A DNA stretch of 64,000 nucleotides from Catajapyx aquilonaris. Its lineage: Eukaryota. The DNA lies in NCBI GenBank assembly GCA_000934665.2, contig KZ538243.1:1-64000 (forward strand), given 5' to 3'. Positions 1-14,313 of the stretch are shown piece after piece. The position numbers and the translations under genes are program-made. The first letter of the stretch is position 1, and every line of letters begins with the position of its first letter. A model generated the notes under the pieces. It was given only the letters and a program-made list of their open reading frames with translations. It did not search any database and was not told the DNA's origin.

Positions 1-170
1 TAACACCTCTGAAGAAGTGTTGGGGAAACTGCGAAGGAACAGTCGCCATCTTGGCCAGAGATGTCGGCTGCAAATTTTTTTTTTCTGACTCTCAACCGTG
101 GAGATGAACGGGATTTGAACCCACATCTCCCGATTGAGAGTCTGATGCGTTACCATACAGCCACGCTATG
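1..170 (-). mobile_element. tRNA-derived SINE head plus part of its body, probably cut by the window edge
   Basis: The reverse complement of 101-166 is GCGTGGCTGTATGGTAACGCATCAGACTCTCAATCGGGAGATGTGGGTTCAAATCCCG. It has A-box and B-box (GGTTCAAATCC) motifs and shares GACT..AATCGGGAG with the SINE head at 52611. There is no intact acceptor stem. Confidence 0.6.
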
Positions 171-307
171 CTGCAACGAGAGTGTGAGGGTTGGAAGGGT
201 CTAGCCTATTTACCAGATGCACTTCAAAGAGAAATAAATGTGAAATGAGTGATGAAGTAACAGCGAGAAAGGTCCATAGCGATAAAAAGAAACGACGTCT
301 TTATTTG

Positions 308-373
308 CTGATTCGATCCTTCAACCTTCTGGTTACGAGGAGAGAGTCTTAACCACTAGACCACTGCGCTACC
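308..373 (-). pseudogene. degenerate tRNA-like sequence (pseudo-tRNA or isolated SINE head)
   Basis: The reverse complement is GGTAGCGCAGTGGTCTAGTGGTTAAGAC...CTCGTAACCAGAAGGTTGAAGGATCGAATC. It has an A-box and a degenerate B-box, but the stems do not close. Confidence 0.45.
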
Positions 374-3300
374 TCTATACTCACGCTCTCTCACACATGT
401 ACTTATGGTAAAGAAAGGGCGCCACAAAATACCATTAATCTCTATGTAGTGTCATTTGTCAAATAAATTATCATAATATATCCTTTTATATTTTCAAGTG
501 GAATTTATACAATTTCAGTGTAAGTGACCTCTGAATGACCACAAATTGCTTCGTTAACTAGGAGGAAACAGACAACTTTATTCAATGATAATATGGTTTG
601 ATAATGCAGCTTTGTAATTTTTTATTTGATTTTCATATAATGTTGTATATGAGTAGCCTACAATCATCTAGACGAAGAGAAAACCACAGAATATCAGTTG
701 TGATTTATGTATCGATTCTTTATTGGCATTTTGTGTACAGAGAGAGATGGTTGCTTGAAGAGGCCACCATCTTGATCTGCAAGACGAAAACATGTATGAG
801 AAAATGTACAATAATAAAGATTTATTCCCTTCCATGGTCACCTTTTCCCATCCAGCCCTCTGTTGTTGGTGGATAGGGGAAGAAGATGCATGAGTGAGGG
901 GGAATGTCACTCACCCTGACCCCTTTTTTCATCTGTTGTTATTAGGAACAATTTACAATATTATAGTATTTCTCTACAAAATAAAGATATTTCAATGCTC
1001 TTGACACCTGTGCTCATTTGAAGTTTTAAAAAGTTGGTTTTCAAATCCAAATTCAATTGGGGACTTAAATATATGCAACAACTGAATTTGTTGCTGTTAT
1101 GCCAAGGGTTTAGCACTTAACATTAATCACATAGCTCATTTTAATGGTTCCTCACAATAATAGAAAAATCTGCTTCGCTCTGCATGTGAATACCACTAGT
1201 TTCATACAGCAAGTCATCAACACCTGCCTGCTTTGCACATCACACACACTTGTTCTGCGCATCATTAGCCACATTAAATTTGAGTATAAATAAATCTTAG
1301 GACTACAACATACCATTAGTTAAATAAAAAATCTTGTGCCACAAAAATCCATTTCCGCTAATTTTGTTTCTTCTGATAATCGAGAGTTACAAGGAAACCC
1401 ATATTTGACAACCCAACCCAACCAATACAGAACTGATGTAAGCGAGGAAATGGCCGATCGATAGACATGAATGTGCATCAATATTTGACACATTCAGATT
1501 TGGACATTTTAAAGTCTCTAGGGAAGCTACTGTCTCAAAAGGGAAGGTAAAACTCCATAATTATGATATACAGGGAGTAGCGTTCAGATAGCTAATAACT
1601 CCCGTAGTTTCCATCCGATCTGGTTCAAATTTGTTGGAAAGTTGGGCCACCCAAATCTGCGAAGAACTGACCCGAAATGACCTCGGCACCTGCCTTCAAA
1701 ATACATATATTACATAATGGAGGTAACCTACTGATATTACCACCTGCAGTAACAGGAATTAATTTTTTTTACACTTACAATTTTACATTCATTCTTAAAG
1801 GTCCTTTAATCTGCATAAGTGTGATTTAGCTCTGCTTTCAGCTTTTTTGCTTCACTTTAAACCTTACACATCCACAACATGCAATAATTGTGACTGACAT
1901 ATTAGTAATTAAAATTACGATCCTTCCTTAAATGTTGACATCTGCAAGTACATTTAAAATGACCCATAATTATTTTTGGGCAGGCCCGAAAATTGCTCAA
2001 TTTTCACGCCCTTCTTGATATACAGTACCACTGGACTTCAGGAGATACAAAGTCCACTTGAAGTGCAGGTCTGGACACAGAAAAAGATCTACAAGCAAGT
2101 CTGAATGGGCCACATGGTTACCCCTCATCCACTTCGGATAATATTCCCTTCTTGTCAAATGCATGTGTACACATCTCCTCAAATCGGATGCAGAGTTCAA
2201 TACACAAAACAATGTGTTTTGGAATAATACAGACAAGCCTGGGCTGACCTGGGTACCACGTTTTATCAATCTTATAACTGAAGCCATGAAGTTAATGACC
2301 ATGGCATAATCAGTATTTAGCAGTTTCTTCACGCTGGAAACACCCGAGACTAATATAAGCCACAGAAACATTCCAATTCTGTAAATCCTGGGCTTGGAAC
2401 CGAACCCAGGAGCTTATTAACGGGCTTCCCTGCTGGGTATAAATTGGCAACAATAATTGCGGTTTCCCCTGGAACCAGTTATTAGCGACGTGGACCAATT
2501 TGTACCTCATCAGAGAAGTTACCTCACCGCAGTGTAGCACTGTACCAAAGGTATCTCTTTCGGAACCCTGCACTGTACTCCCCTCAAAAAATAGCTGGCA
2601 GTCCAATCACGCTCAAAATAGACCATCATTTTAATTAACGGACAGAGTTTAAAATTCCTCTCTAAACCAGTTTTATCTCCGGTATAAAGCGCCGTTTGTG
2701 GAGTGTTTATTCGCGTGTCACATTACAAAACACAATGCCACGATCATATGAACAAGTATACACTCGTGCTGTGCATCAGGTGATATGTGCCACCACAGGA
2801 TTGGAATTCCCAACAGTCCAAGTCCAGATTCTCTCTGAACCTTGTTTTTTTCACAGAGTCAATATTGTTGCTAGAACCGGTGCGATGGAGTATATCGATG
2901 TATTTTGGCACCAGCTCCGACCAATGGCTTCAGGAAAAAACGAGGGGTAATAAACAAACGTATAAATCCAAGCTCCGATTGTGAGCTGCGGAAATTTTGT
3001 GTGTGTATGTGTGAAACGAGACTTACACTTATTTAATCAAGCTTAAACATACCAGTAGGTGCTATCACTTTAACACAATATAAACAATAAATCATTGCTT
3101 CGAATTATTTTACTCGTAATGAACTCTGCTGCTTAATTGAATTATCTTTTTGTTTGTATATAGCAAACTTTGCCTTCGTGGTAATTTTCATTTCATATTT
3201 CAGTTCAATTCAAGCAAAGTGCTGGCCATTTAATTGACTTTTCCAAAAAGTTGTGAAAATTTAGTTGAGATATTTTGCTCACAGGTGAAGCTGGAATTTT

Positions 3301-6300
3301 TACTAAATTTCGTAGAAAGTATACTGTAGACTGTAAGTGAATATGTACAGTACAAAATGTTCAATGTGCTGAGCAAAACCTTCTGCAGTAAGGTCAGTTA
3401 TGATTGTCCTTTTAATCGATTTTGATTAACAAAAAGTTTGACTTCAAAGAGATGAGCCAGGACAATGTTCAGGTCTTGACAATGTCATACAGTTAACCTC
3501 GCCTGTAACAAAACTCTAGTACAGTAAAAGTTTGTAATGAACCCTGTGTACAGCCAAAACTTTCTCATTACTGAACTTTGGTTTGGTCCAGGTCCTATTT
3601 AAGCAGAATTATACACTTTGATTACGTCAAGTGATTTCAGCGCATGCAGGTATAGCATAAATTTACAGTGACGTGCGAATGGTCAATAATTTACATGACG
3701 CATTAGGTTCCCCCAAGAGTCCAGAGCGCCATGCTTTATAACAGAGCACACAACGCTGAGCTTTATTCAGGTGACAGCAACGGCGGGTGGTGTCAGTTAC
3801 TTTAATGAGCATCTGTCATAAGATGCATGTGCAACGCCTGCACAGTTTTAAAAAAAATGTACAGTGCAAGGACGTACCTAGTCCAATATTTCAGCTAAAG
3901 TGCAATGTATCATTACATTAATGTTACTTATGGGAAAGGTTCGACAGGTATATTTAGTAATGTTGGCCACACAGTGTTAGAAAGTAATGCCATCTACAGC
4001 GCACTCTTAACACTTCTGAAAAATTTGCTTGCGATGCTCTCTTGCAGAAACACCTTGAAGTTTGCTGAGAACTGGCGAAAATATGAAATATGGCCGCCAG
4101 AAACCTGCCATAAGTTTTAATGGAAAAGTATGGAATATTTATTTCCAGAACAGCGGTTTAAAAAGGCGGCCGTGGAAATGTCTCTAAAGGCACATTGCTT
4201 GAATCAGCAATATTATTATGCAGATTCATTCCAGATGACACGTTTCATTATTTAAAGTTATTTGTTTAAAAAAACTACACATGGAGAATAGTCCGGGCAT
4301 TGGGAAATAAAATTGTAAAAAAATCATCTAAACAATATGGAATAATATTTCTAAAATATAATAAATGCATTATGAGCATATCCTAATACAATTTTTTTCG
4401 CACATTTCAAAATGGGCCGCGTCCAAATATTAAACATTGCCCAAAATTACCTATTGTTACTGGTACCTCATTTTTAATGAACAGTTTTAATGCAAGTTCT
4501 ATATATACCAAACGGGGCTTTTGAAGCCGAAGGAAGTAGCCGGCTACCAATTTGCCAGTTTTTGTTCTCCTTGTAGGCACCCAACCCACTAAACGATCCG
4601 GATTCCTCAGCTCCCTTTGCCAAAAACCCAGCCATAATTGATTCGGGGAAACCCCCGCCTCTGCCTGCCATCTACTGCACACCATTTCAACCCCATGAGA
4701 CTCACAGTGCTAGCTTCGCCCTCTGGAAAAATTAAGCAAAAACTTCTAATGTTAACAACAATAGACCAGAAGTTCCAACAATGAGGCAGATAGAGCCAGT
4801 GATTTTTACATGCTCAAGTCTGGAACTTTTTGTGTGTTTTGTCAATGATGTTCGTTTTTTTTGGGGGGGGGGGGCGGTGAAGTCCAAAAAGTCTGGCGCA
4901 GATAATTGGGAGGCAGCAGCAACAACCGACGATCCTGTGGTGGTCCTTCATCTCCATGGCTGGATGCGCAAGAGAGACCTGAGAATATGTGTCTGACTTG
5001 TGAGAATACTTTTTTTTTTCTAGAGAGAATCTGAAAAGAAGTCAGAACTTGAGATCAGTGACAAAGCATTTTTTTAAAGTTAAAAAATAAAGAATTCCAG
5101 TTTGCGAGACTCTGAATCACACGTCTGATTTTTTTCGCGACTATTTGCACAATATTAGGATGATGTGTTTTAACCCTGGAGGTAAAGTTTTTCAAGGACT
5201 TGAAGTTCGAACTGCGTAACGACACGTCGTTTTCATTTTTTTTTCTTAATTTTCTTTTTTTTACAGACATACCTTGTGGTTAGGTGCCTTTAAGGATTAT
5301 GGGCTGAACTATAGGAATCTGTGGTAAATAACTTCGGATTTTGGTGACTTTACGTATTACAAGCGTATCAATGGTCACGCAAACAGGATGAACGTATCTT
5401 TAACAGGTCTCAAACAGGTTTTGTTCCTTATTGAAAAAGGTAAAAAAACTCTTCCGGTGGCTAATGACTGCTCTTCTTTTCTGTACATTCCCAGCTGACT
5501 TGAAATAAACCATCAAAAAAATGTTAAAGGTTCAAAAGAATGCACGTGTTGTTGCCACTAAGGAACAAAAATTCCTTTGTTCATCGGTTATCCAAACAGC
5601 CTCTTGAATTTTTTGTGTAGTTGACAATTTTCTCATAAAAAGACTGCGGTTTTTACTAGGATTCTTTTGAAGCAAAAACCACTTCATAAAACATATATTT
5701 CAATGTCTCTTTTTTGAGAGAGAGAGAAAAAAACTAAAGTCGATTTCTCATACAAAATGGTTCATTCATCTCTGAGCAGTCGCTAACTAGTGGATGAACC
5801 TTATAAAATGCTTTTTTTGTGTGATGGAGTTACGTGCAGCACATTTGTTATTATTCAGATGTGAAGTTGCCGAACCAAACGAATTTCAGAAGCGGTGTGA
5901 CGACTTTTAAAAGAACCAGGCTGTGGGTCGCTGAGTTGTGACGATTAAAACGTGCTGATGTTGAACAAATTGCGAGGTAAGATACCACACGAACATAATT
6001 ACTGAGCATGCCAAAGTGAATTACACTTCAGACTTAAATAATGTGAATGGCCTGAAACTATCCATAATAAACATTGGGCACGAAAATTATTTTAAACAGG
6101 GCCGTGAAAATTGCGAATTAGAAGTAAATTAGTTCTTGTAAATTGAGTTGAAATGTCATTTAAAATGTAAATGAGCTCAGCAGTACTGACTTTACAACAG
6201 GTACAAAGAGTCTGTAATTATAGCAACCTTTTCTACAAACCGTTACCTCAACAGTTGTGGTTTCTAAAATACCCACGTCCCATTTCAGCAAAATGACATC

Positions 6301-9300
6301 TGCAATAACTCGTCTCCATACACTAGAGGTGCTGAAGCATCACAGTTTCTGCTGATTACTTTGTCAGGAATCCTTTGACCCCGCTAATTTTCTGGCCAGT
6401 TTCGTGTGGCTCCAAGGCGGTTGAGAAGAGCTTCCGTCCAGGAACACGGTATATCACGTCAGGAACCCATGTTTTGGTTCCGTTACGTGGTCGCACGTCC
6501 GAGTTTTTCGGATGGGGTTGGGTCATGGCGGGTTGCCCATCACATGCGATATCAGCCGGATGCTGAGGCCAGACTCCGGTGATGCACTTGGAATAAAATT
6601 CTCCGGAGTTTGCTATGCAAATATTTGTACACTTTTCCCATGATGGTTACGCCCTGTCGATGGAAGTAATTAGGGGAGATATCACATTTGGCTTTTGGAA
6701 AGTGAATAGTATGGGAGGTCAGGGGGTGTGTGGGGCATCATGTTTTTTCCCACATTAGTAAGGTTTACAGGTGGTGTAAGGAAGTGTTGATGTTGAGGGA
6801 GGAAAGAAAAGGCGTAGATTATCTGAGGGATATGGCTGCCCCAGGACTCATTCGACGAAGGTTTGCGCCCCAGAGAAATAAGATCTTGGTAAATAGGACT
6901 CAGGAATATTTGTGAGATCAGATGTTCTGAGGAAGAGAAATTTGTAATCAGACACTGGCGTCAGGGACAAGAATGTTGGAAGCAGTTATTATTAACAGTC
7001 TGCAAATGTACCGTATTTCGTATACTGTATTTATTTATTATTTCACTCTTGTCAACATTCACTGTAAACTCGAAAATCACTGTCATGATTACACAGTTGC
7101 TTCAGTGTCCTTATGACATGCATTCGGATGATTCTCACGGATTCTGTCAAGGTTTATTGTTCTCTTTTTGTGACATCTCTGTTTATAGTAGTGTCATATT
7201 TCTTTGCTAAGAATAGCGGCTTATTGCTGTTTTCCCAGAGTCTAAAAATACAGGATTACGTGCCGTAATCTCCGTAACATTTATTACTGTTGAAAAATTG
7301 CAAAAAAAAAATAACGGCACAAAACACAGCTATCATCTCTCGCTAAAAGTCACGTGCACGAAATCACGCTTCATTTTTTAGCGACTAATCATTTTAATAA
7401 GCTACCCAGGAAGCCAGTGTCCATTAAACCAACGGCCAATGATTAGCGCAATATGAATGGAAACCCCTTTTGTTTTTGGCAGCGATTTCGCTACGAAAAT
7501 TACACCAACCCCCTTCTAATTAATTGGGATTGTCGATAATGATCTCATTATGAAAATGCATCCGTGTTATCCAATTTGGTTGCACCCCTTTTTCCCTTCC
7601 CCAATTTTTGTTTTTAAAAATGTTTAAAAAATGGCGTCAGTTCAAGGCTTCAGAGAGGGCACCACCCTTCCTTCCGTGCTGATGTGACGCTTGACATGAC
7701 AAAGATGGCGCGATATACACGCAGACATTTTACAACGCATCTGCCAATTTTTTAAGTTGCTTCAACCCTAGATCATTCACCCTGTCGTTTAGACATGGAT
7801 GCCAGCTATGGAAATTAGTATGTCACTGTTTCCGCATCTTTCGCGTGTTGTCCTCTCTAGCTAGTAGGTGTAGACAAGAAGACGAGCTCATTGTCATTTT
7901 TTGGAGTCCAGATTATGGTGCAATATTAGGGGGGACGCCCGCCTTTGTTCCGTGAAAAAGACCATAATTATATCTGGAACAGTGAGCTTTGAAACTATTT
8001 CGGAATTTAAATGAGAGTTCGCACGGGGATGAATAGGTTGGAAAAAAATGGTCGTAAGTACGTGCAGGGCATACGAAGGTCACATGTTTATTTTGGATGA
8101 TACCTAGAGAAGAAAAAAATGTATAGTTGTCACCCTGATGGTTTGCTGATGGGAAGGTTATTTGGCTGTGCATGCAATGATGTGAGGTCGAATGAAGAAA
8201 GTAGGCATTATTATAGCCATTGTTGGAAGATGCGTGCACTGTCAAACAAGTCTGGAAAAAAAGTAATTAGCACTTGAATACAACCTACGATACTTCTATC
8301 AAATTCTGAAACCGGTTTTTGGTGTATTTGTACTTATACTGCTCATTAATGATCATACTGCCTTCCGCCTCGCATAACAATGTACGCTCATTATTCGACC
8401 AATAATGTCCCTAAATAACTTCCGTCTTCTCATCCCTGCAATTCCAATCCCCACAATTTTTAGCTCTAAGTACTAGTGATGTACCAGATAACCAGCGTTC
8501 AAATTACCCATTTTTCTATTGTCCTCACTCTTTTGGTGTTCCCATAAGCTGTCATGTTTCCACAGCACTATTTGGCACTAGTTGTAAATATTGCGAGAGA
8601 ATAATGAACGGAGGTTGCTTCGACGGAATTTTAATTTATTTTTTTTCCATTTTCTGCAGCTCCTTATACCTTTGGGGATGAGAGGAAGGTGTGATTTCTT
8701 CACGGTTATGTCTTTTGTTGAGGAGCTGCGGCCTCCTGAAGATCTGCGGTCAGCGTTAAATGTCCTAATGGGAGGATGTGGTTGGGGAAAAGGTAACCTG
8801 GAGTCGATGTCTGCTCATATTTTCTCTGGGCTTTCGAACAAGCTTTAAGGTGACTAATGTGAGCTCAAAATTTGATTAGTGTGAATAAGCTGTTGGGGTA
8901 AGTACCAAGAAAGATGATAAGAATTATCAATAAAGCTTGTGGTGACATATGTCCTGTCTGTACACAAAATGTGCGTAAAAGCATATGCTATTATTGTGTG
9001 TCATGCATTTATTTTTATACAAAGAGGCAAGGCTCTAACCATGTCCTATATATAGTTTTGTTGCTCATGCATGACTTTGTTGGCACCACAAACATTTAGA
9101 TAGGGCAATTTTTCAACACAAAATTCTGCATGCAACAATGAACAGGAACGACAAAAAATTTTATTGGCATTAAAACGATTTCCTGAATGATTTCTTGCAC
9201 TCTGCCATTGTTACCAGCAATCCCAACAATGACAGGAATAATTCGAGTCTCACCGTGGTTTGTATATGGCATTGTTAAGACATGTCGCACCGAATCTCCG

Positions 9301-11530
9301 TCCTTGACATTGGCCTTCCAACGATATCGAGTCGGCGGTCACCCCTTCTTCTTTTCTGGACGACCGTTCAGCTTCGATACATTTCTTTGTTGCGGTCCAC
9401 CCCCACTCTTTTTTTAACAATAAAAAAACAGGCGTGAGAAACAGCGGTTCGAAAGCCCCCCGAGATTCCTTTTTCTTTCTCATTCATTCCGATGCAGCTC
9501 AGTCGGGAGAGAAATCGGATTGTTGTCACGGTCGCACCCTGTGTCACCTAATATGACGAAGTTTTTCGCATGGCAAAAATCTTGATAATAACACGCGTAT
9601 GTGTGGGTTGGTTGGTTTGGTGCCAGGTGTTGGCAGAGTCCCTCAAGCTTGATTCCTCCTTCCTCAACCTGTCTGTCCCCCGGTAAGGTCACCCCTACCT
9701 GAAGAAGACGATGGTCATGTGGCATGCAGAAGGTGAATTCGGTAGGGGCCAACAGCTGCCCCCTCTATTTTTAGTGGGGCTTGACTTCCAAAATGAGAGG
9801 ATCAGGTCGACTTTTGGGGAATGCTGCCTCGCATGTGCTGGGGTTAAAATTAATCCCTGTGGTCACCTGTCCGCCCTAAAGGACGCCCAGGGTTCTCTTG
9901 GGCCAGGTGACCATCTGCTTTGGATGTTTTGGTCAAGGTTATTTTCTTGAAGTATGAGGTATGTTTCCACCAGATGCAATGTCTGTCTGCAGAACCGGTT
10001 GTCTCAAAACGGCCCAAAATTCAGGGACAAAATAGTGGACAGAAATCCAAAAACGTGGGCAATGAACCAAAATTCTGGACACAAGTGGACAACGACCCCA
10101 TATGAGGTGTAACATGTTCTAAACCAAAAGAAACAGAAATATGAAGAGATGTCTCCTCGCAAGTGACATATTTGGTGAGAAGTAGCCTAAGGTACAAAAA
10201 TCACAAAAATTAAATAATATCCGCAAAATTAAAATTATGTAGAAAAATTAATAAATTAAATACACAGAATCAATTTTCTCACGTTTATGCCTCCAATTGC
10301 CCATTTCCTATCTGGGTTTTTTTTCGACAATTTTATTTCAGGTATTTCAGGTGAATAAGTGACAAATCATTTTCCATTAACCCTCGAAATATTGCAGGAC
10401 CTCGCAATCTCCGTAGTTTCATCCCATTTAGCTTTGATTAACTGTCCCGAGGACAGTTCTTCTCTGCTGCCAACATCCCGAGAGGTAAGATTGCCCAGGG
10501 GCAAGTCCAAACAGGTCCCGAACTAGAGAGAGGAAGTGGCCCATGGGTGAAAAGAAAATGAAAAAAAAAGGGCTGGCCGGATGTCACAAACTCCTCAGGC
10601 CATTCAGGTCTGCTCGGCCGTAGAAAATTCATAGGTCTAATCTATCGGTATTCAGAATATTTTCAAGTGTGTTCAACATGGTTGATCCAGAGCCCAGATA
10701 AGGATGACGTCAGTGCGTCAATCTCACCTTGCTAATTAATGCCTGGAAGGTAGGTTAATTAATAATGGCAGGTCTATTGTATGCAAATTATTTAATAGCC
10801 ACGACCTAATGGACTGCATCTCCTTGCAGAAAAGTAGGACCGGCAGTTTTTTTTAGTGGGGCATTAGAAAAACGTTATTAATTGCCTTTTTGGAATGTAC
10901 CGACGGACAGTAATGGGTACCGCCAAAAATCGTTTGTCATCCCGGTCAATATAATTACCCAACCGTGTACGACAGTGTGTTAAAAAATGTAAGAAAACTT
11001 CATCCGCATACTTTGCTAAAAATTTCGCACGCAGGAATTCAGTGCGAACTATAATTATCTCACATTTTTAGAAGTTCTACTTATTTCTTTTTTTATTTTT
11101 ATTATTCACAGCGTGCAAAGAATGTCTTGGGCGGAACACTCTGACTTACTAATTAACAGGTGCGTACCGGCGGCGGACGACACATTTTACATCATGGTTT
11201 GTACTCTAGGTGCCGACAATAGGCATAATTTTTTGCGTACTCCAAGGCTGAGGTGTCATCGCCATTTTCACCTGCGAATTACAATAAAAAATATTAAATA
11301 TGTAGCCAAATGACAAATCTTTGCAATAAGACAGTAAAATAATAAATTAAGTTGATGTGTGTGATAAATATTAATAAAATATAACAAATATAACAAAAAA
11401 TCTTGTGAGATGGTAGAAATGGCATGTAGAAAATAAATATGCATGTAAAATTTAAATTTAAAATTCTATGACATTGATTCCTATATAGTGTATAAATCAA
11501 TACTAATACGGTATTAAAATATTTCGTTGT

Positions 11531-11635
11531 ATGACAGAGGCTTCTGATTGGCCTGCCGTATACTGTTTGCGCGATGCTTCCGATTGGCCCCCGTTCTGAG
11601 TCTGCGCAATGGGAGGAGGCAGCGCCTCAGGTGGA
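11531..11635 (+). repeat. dispersed ~105-bp repeat, copy 1 (others at 16500-16603 inverted and 26803-26888)
   Basis: It carries the shared blocks CTTCTGATTGG..CGTATA.TGTTTG..CTTC.GATTGGC.CCCGTTCTG...TGCGCA.TGGGA.GGCAGCGCCTC..GTGG. Confidence 0.7.
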
Positions 11636-14313
11636 GGGGACGAGGAACTAGTACCCGTATATGCAATAAAATAGTGTATACTACTGTAAACCGTATTAAA
11701 TGTCTAAATGCAATGAATTAAATAAATAATGAGTGTAAGTAATAACGTAATTAATGTCATCAAGTACTCACCCGTCTCACTGGGGGTCAATCGGCACTTT
11801 TTAGTTGGTCCAAAAAAAACTTTACAGAGATTTTAAGGAGTACATGGGGGGCTAATAAGAAGGTTGATGATCAAAGGGGACGGTGCAGCTTTGGAGGTCC
11901 CAGGTAATTGGCCAAAAAGGCGGAGTACAACGACATGAAAAGGCGTGGGTGACGAGCGTTGCCACATTTTGCGCATACCTGATGCTCTTTATTCGAACAA
12001 TTGCGGGTTCGTGCCAACGGTTCGTTTGTAATCAAGGGGTCCTGGAATGCGTTTCTCTGATTTCAGCAAGGGTGTCATTTCCCCCTCGCAATGTCAATCA
12101 ATTTACAGGGTGATTACAGCTTACAAGCCAAAGGTTTCCGTGTACAAATTGGGTGCAAGTTGATGGCTAAACGTGGGTTCGGTTTTTTGCATACAGGATT
12201 GGTTTCGTCCTTTGTTGGGGAGGTGTGAACTGCTTTGCATCGCCGAGTTGGTCCATTACGCTTGGCTGGACACCTCGGTTGTGCAGCATATATTATAGGA
12301 GAGGTGGCAACACAGGTGGTTTATGATGATGCGTTTTGAAGCAGATGGTCCGTGTGACCTGGTTCATGACGTGTAAGGGCATGAAAGTGTAAACAATGAG
12401 CTTAGTGACACTTAGGCAGCCTAGTTAGAGAGTAATTATATGTCAATGTCAACCCGACGCCCCCATTTGGCATCGCGCGCTAATTAATATTACTTTCCCA
12501 AATTTCAGACCCTTAAACGCACCCTCGACTATTATTTTATACATAATATTTCTTTCAGTTATGAAATGTTATTACTGTTAAATCTACGTTGGACACTGAC
12601 AACATACAGGGAGGTGTCCACAGGTTTCGCTGTATTATACGTATATTATCGAGTATATTATTATATTATATCATGATAGTACTTACTGTAATTTCTCATT
12701 TAAAAATCACTGATTCTTTATTGAAAGGCCCTCGTATATTATTAATAAATTACCAATATTTCCAAATGTATGCTAATTTTAGGCCTGTCAAAATGGTGCA
12801 ATTTGGCATCGTGCACCATGATTAATTGCACCTATTAATCATATACTGACATAATTATAACCAATACTTGAGTCTCCTTCCAGAATGATGACTTACCTAA
12901 AAGTTGGACACACCGCATTTGGATCGCCAAAAAATTCCGCCCTTTTCCCACGCTTGCTTGGATTCTCGCGTTGCGAATCGACCATTCGACATAGAATCAC
13001 TTGTCTTTTTCTCTTCACCTTGCAGTGTCAAGAGGAATTCGGGCAAGGACGCCGCCGAACTTGTCCTCTTATTGTTGTCAAACAAAAAAAAAGAAGAATC
13101 GGTGACATGTTTCTGGTGCGAGGTCCACGTGGCAACATGTCATCTGATGGCCGAGACTTGCTATTCATAATAAACTACCGGAAGTAATGACTTAACTACC
13201 TGACCAAATTGCTGTTCTCGTTAAGGAATCCGCGAAGGCATGACAATGTGGTAAGGCCCCAAAGAGGATAAGCCACTTGGAAATAAATGAGTGCAGCAAC
13301 AACTGTGTATAATGATCGCTGCTGTACTGTACATACATTCACGCACCGATGTTCGGGTTACGTTTTATTACCGAGTGGAAAATGAATGTCGGAAATTGTG
13401 AAGGGGTGTTATGGACATATAAAAATTAATGAAGCTTAAAATGTAGGAGTCAATGTACTTTGCAAAAGTGGAAGATTTGTATGCATACGACATATTCTAA
13501 CTTCACAATAATGTCCCATTTATCAGGAAGTCATCTTTAAAAAAATATTCTCTTGGTCAAAGGGCAATGGCGGTACTTCAAATGTCAACAAAAATTCAGT
13601 ACAACAACAGGAAGCAACCACATCCTCTGCAGTGATATATATTCTTGACCACCATGATGATCACAATAAGCTGCGGTTTGCTCTTAACTGTACAGTGCCT
13701 CAGATTATTTTATATCATAGCATCATTATACGCAGTGAAACCTGTCTTCGGGTCAGAATATTGACCTGACACCCTCCAAAGTGACAGGGTGGTCCTCTCA
13801 TCACAACCTACAATGAAACAATACTTTTGTACAAATCAGCACAGCACAATTGAATTGGCCAAGTCTCACACGCATTTAAAAAGACACACATGGTTTCCTC
13901 CGATACTTGGCCCTTTTAAAACACTCCCGGGGGCAACTTGGGACAGGTAATTCCACCCAGGTATCTTCTTTTTTTTTTTACCTCTCTTCTTCTTCTTCTT
14001 CGAATCCCCATGAAGAGGTTTTCCTCTGCAGGAGCACATGCCATGCTCGCTCATTCATGGACGAAAGGTGGTGGTGGTGGTGGAGGGGTTGCTTGGGAGG
14101 TTCATTCATTCATTGCCCGGTGCTGAGTGGCTGCCTTTTGCTGGCAGCCAAGGGCAACTCTGGTTGGTCGAGTTTTCACTCTTTGGTCTTCCAGCTCTGG
14201 TTGTTGGTTCGAGAGACAGTTCAGAACCGCGGCAGAGGCCGGTCGAATCACAAGGGTACAAGTTAGGCTCCCAACAGGTGTAAGGTTTTGCACCTGTCCG
14301 GAGCACCATCATC

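Noticed and set aside
4186..5293. Possible TTAA-type (Kolobok-like) element with AAAGGCAC / GTGCCTTT ends
   Set aside because: The inverted match is only about 8 bp and the left TTAA is imperfect, which is too weak.
598..14000. Many short ORFs (60-124 aa) in the first 14 kb
   Set aside because: They have no recognisable motifs and no consistent splice or phase chain, and many start at TTG/GTG. They look like chance ORFs in intergenic DNA.
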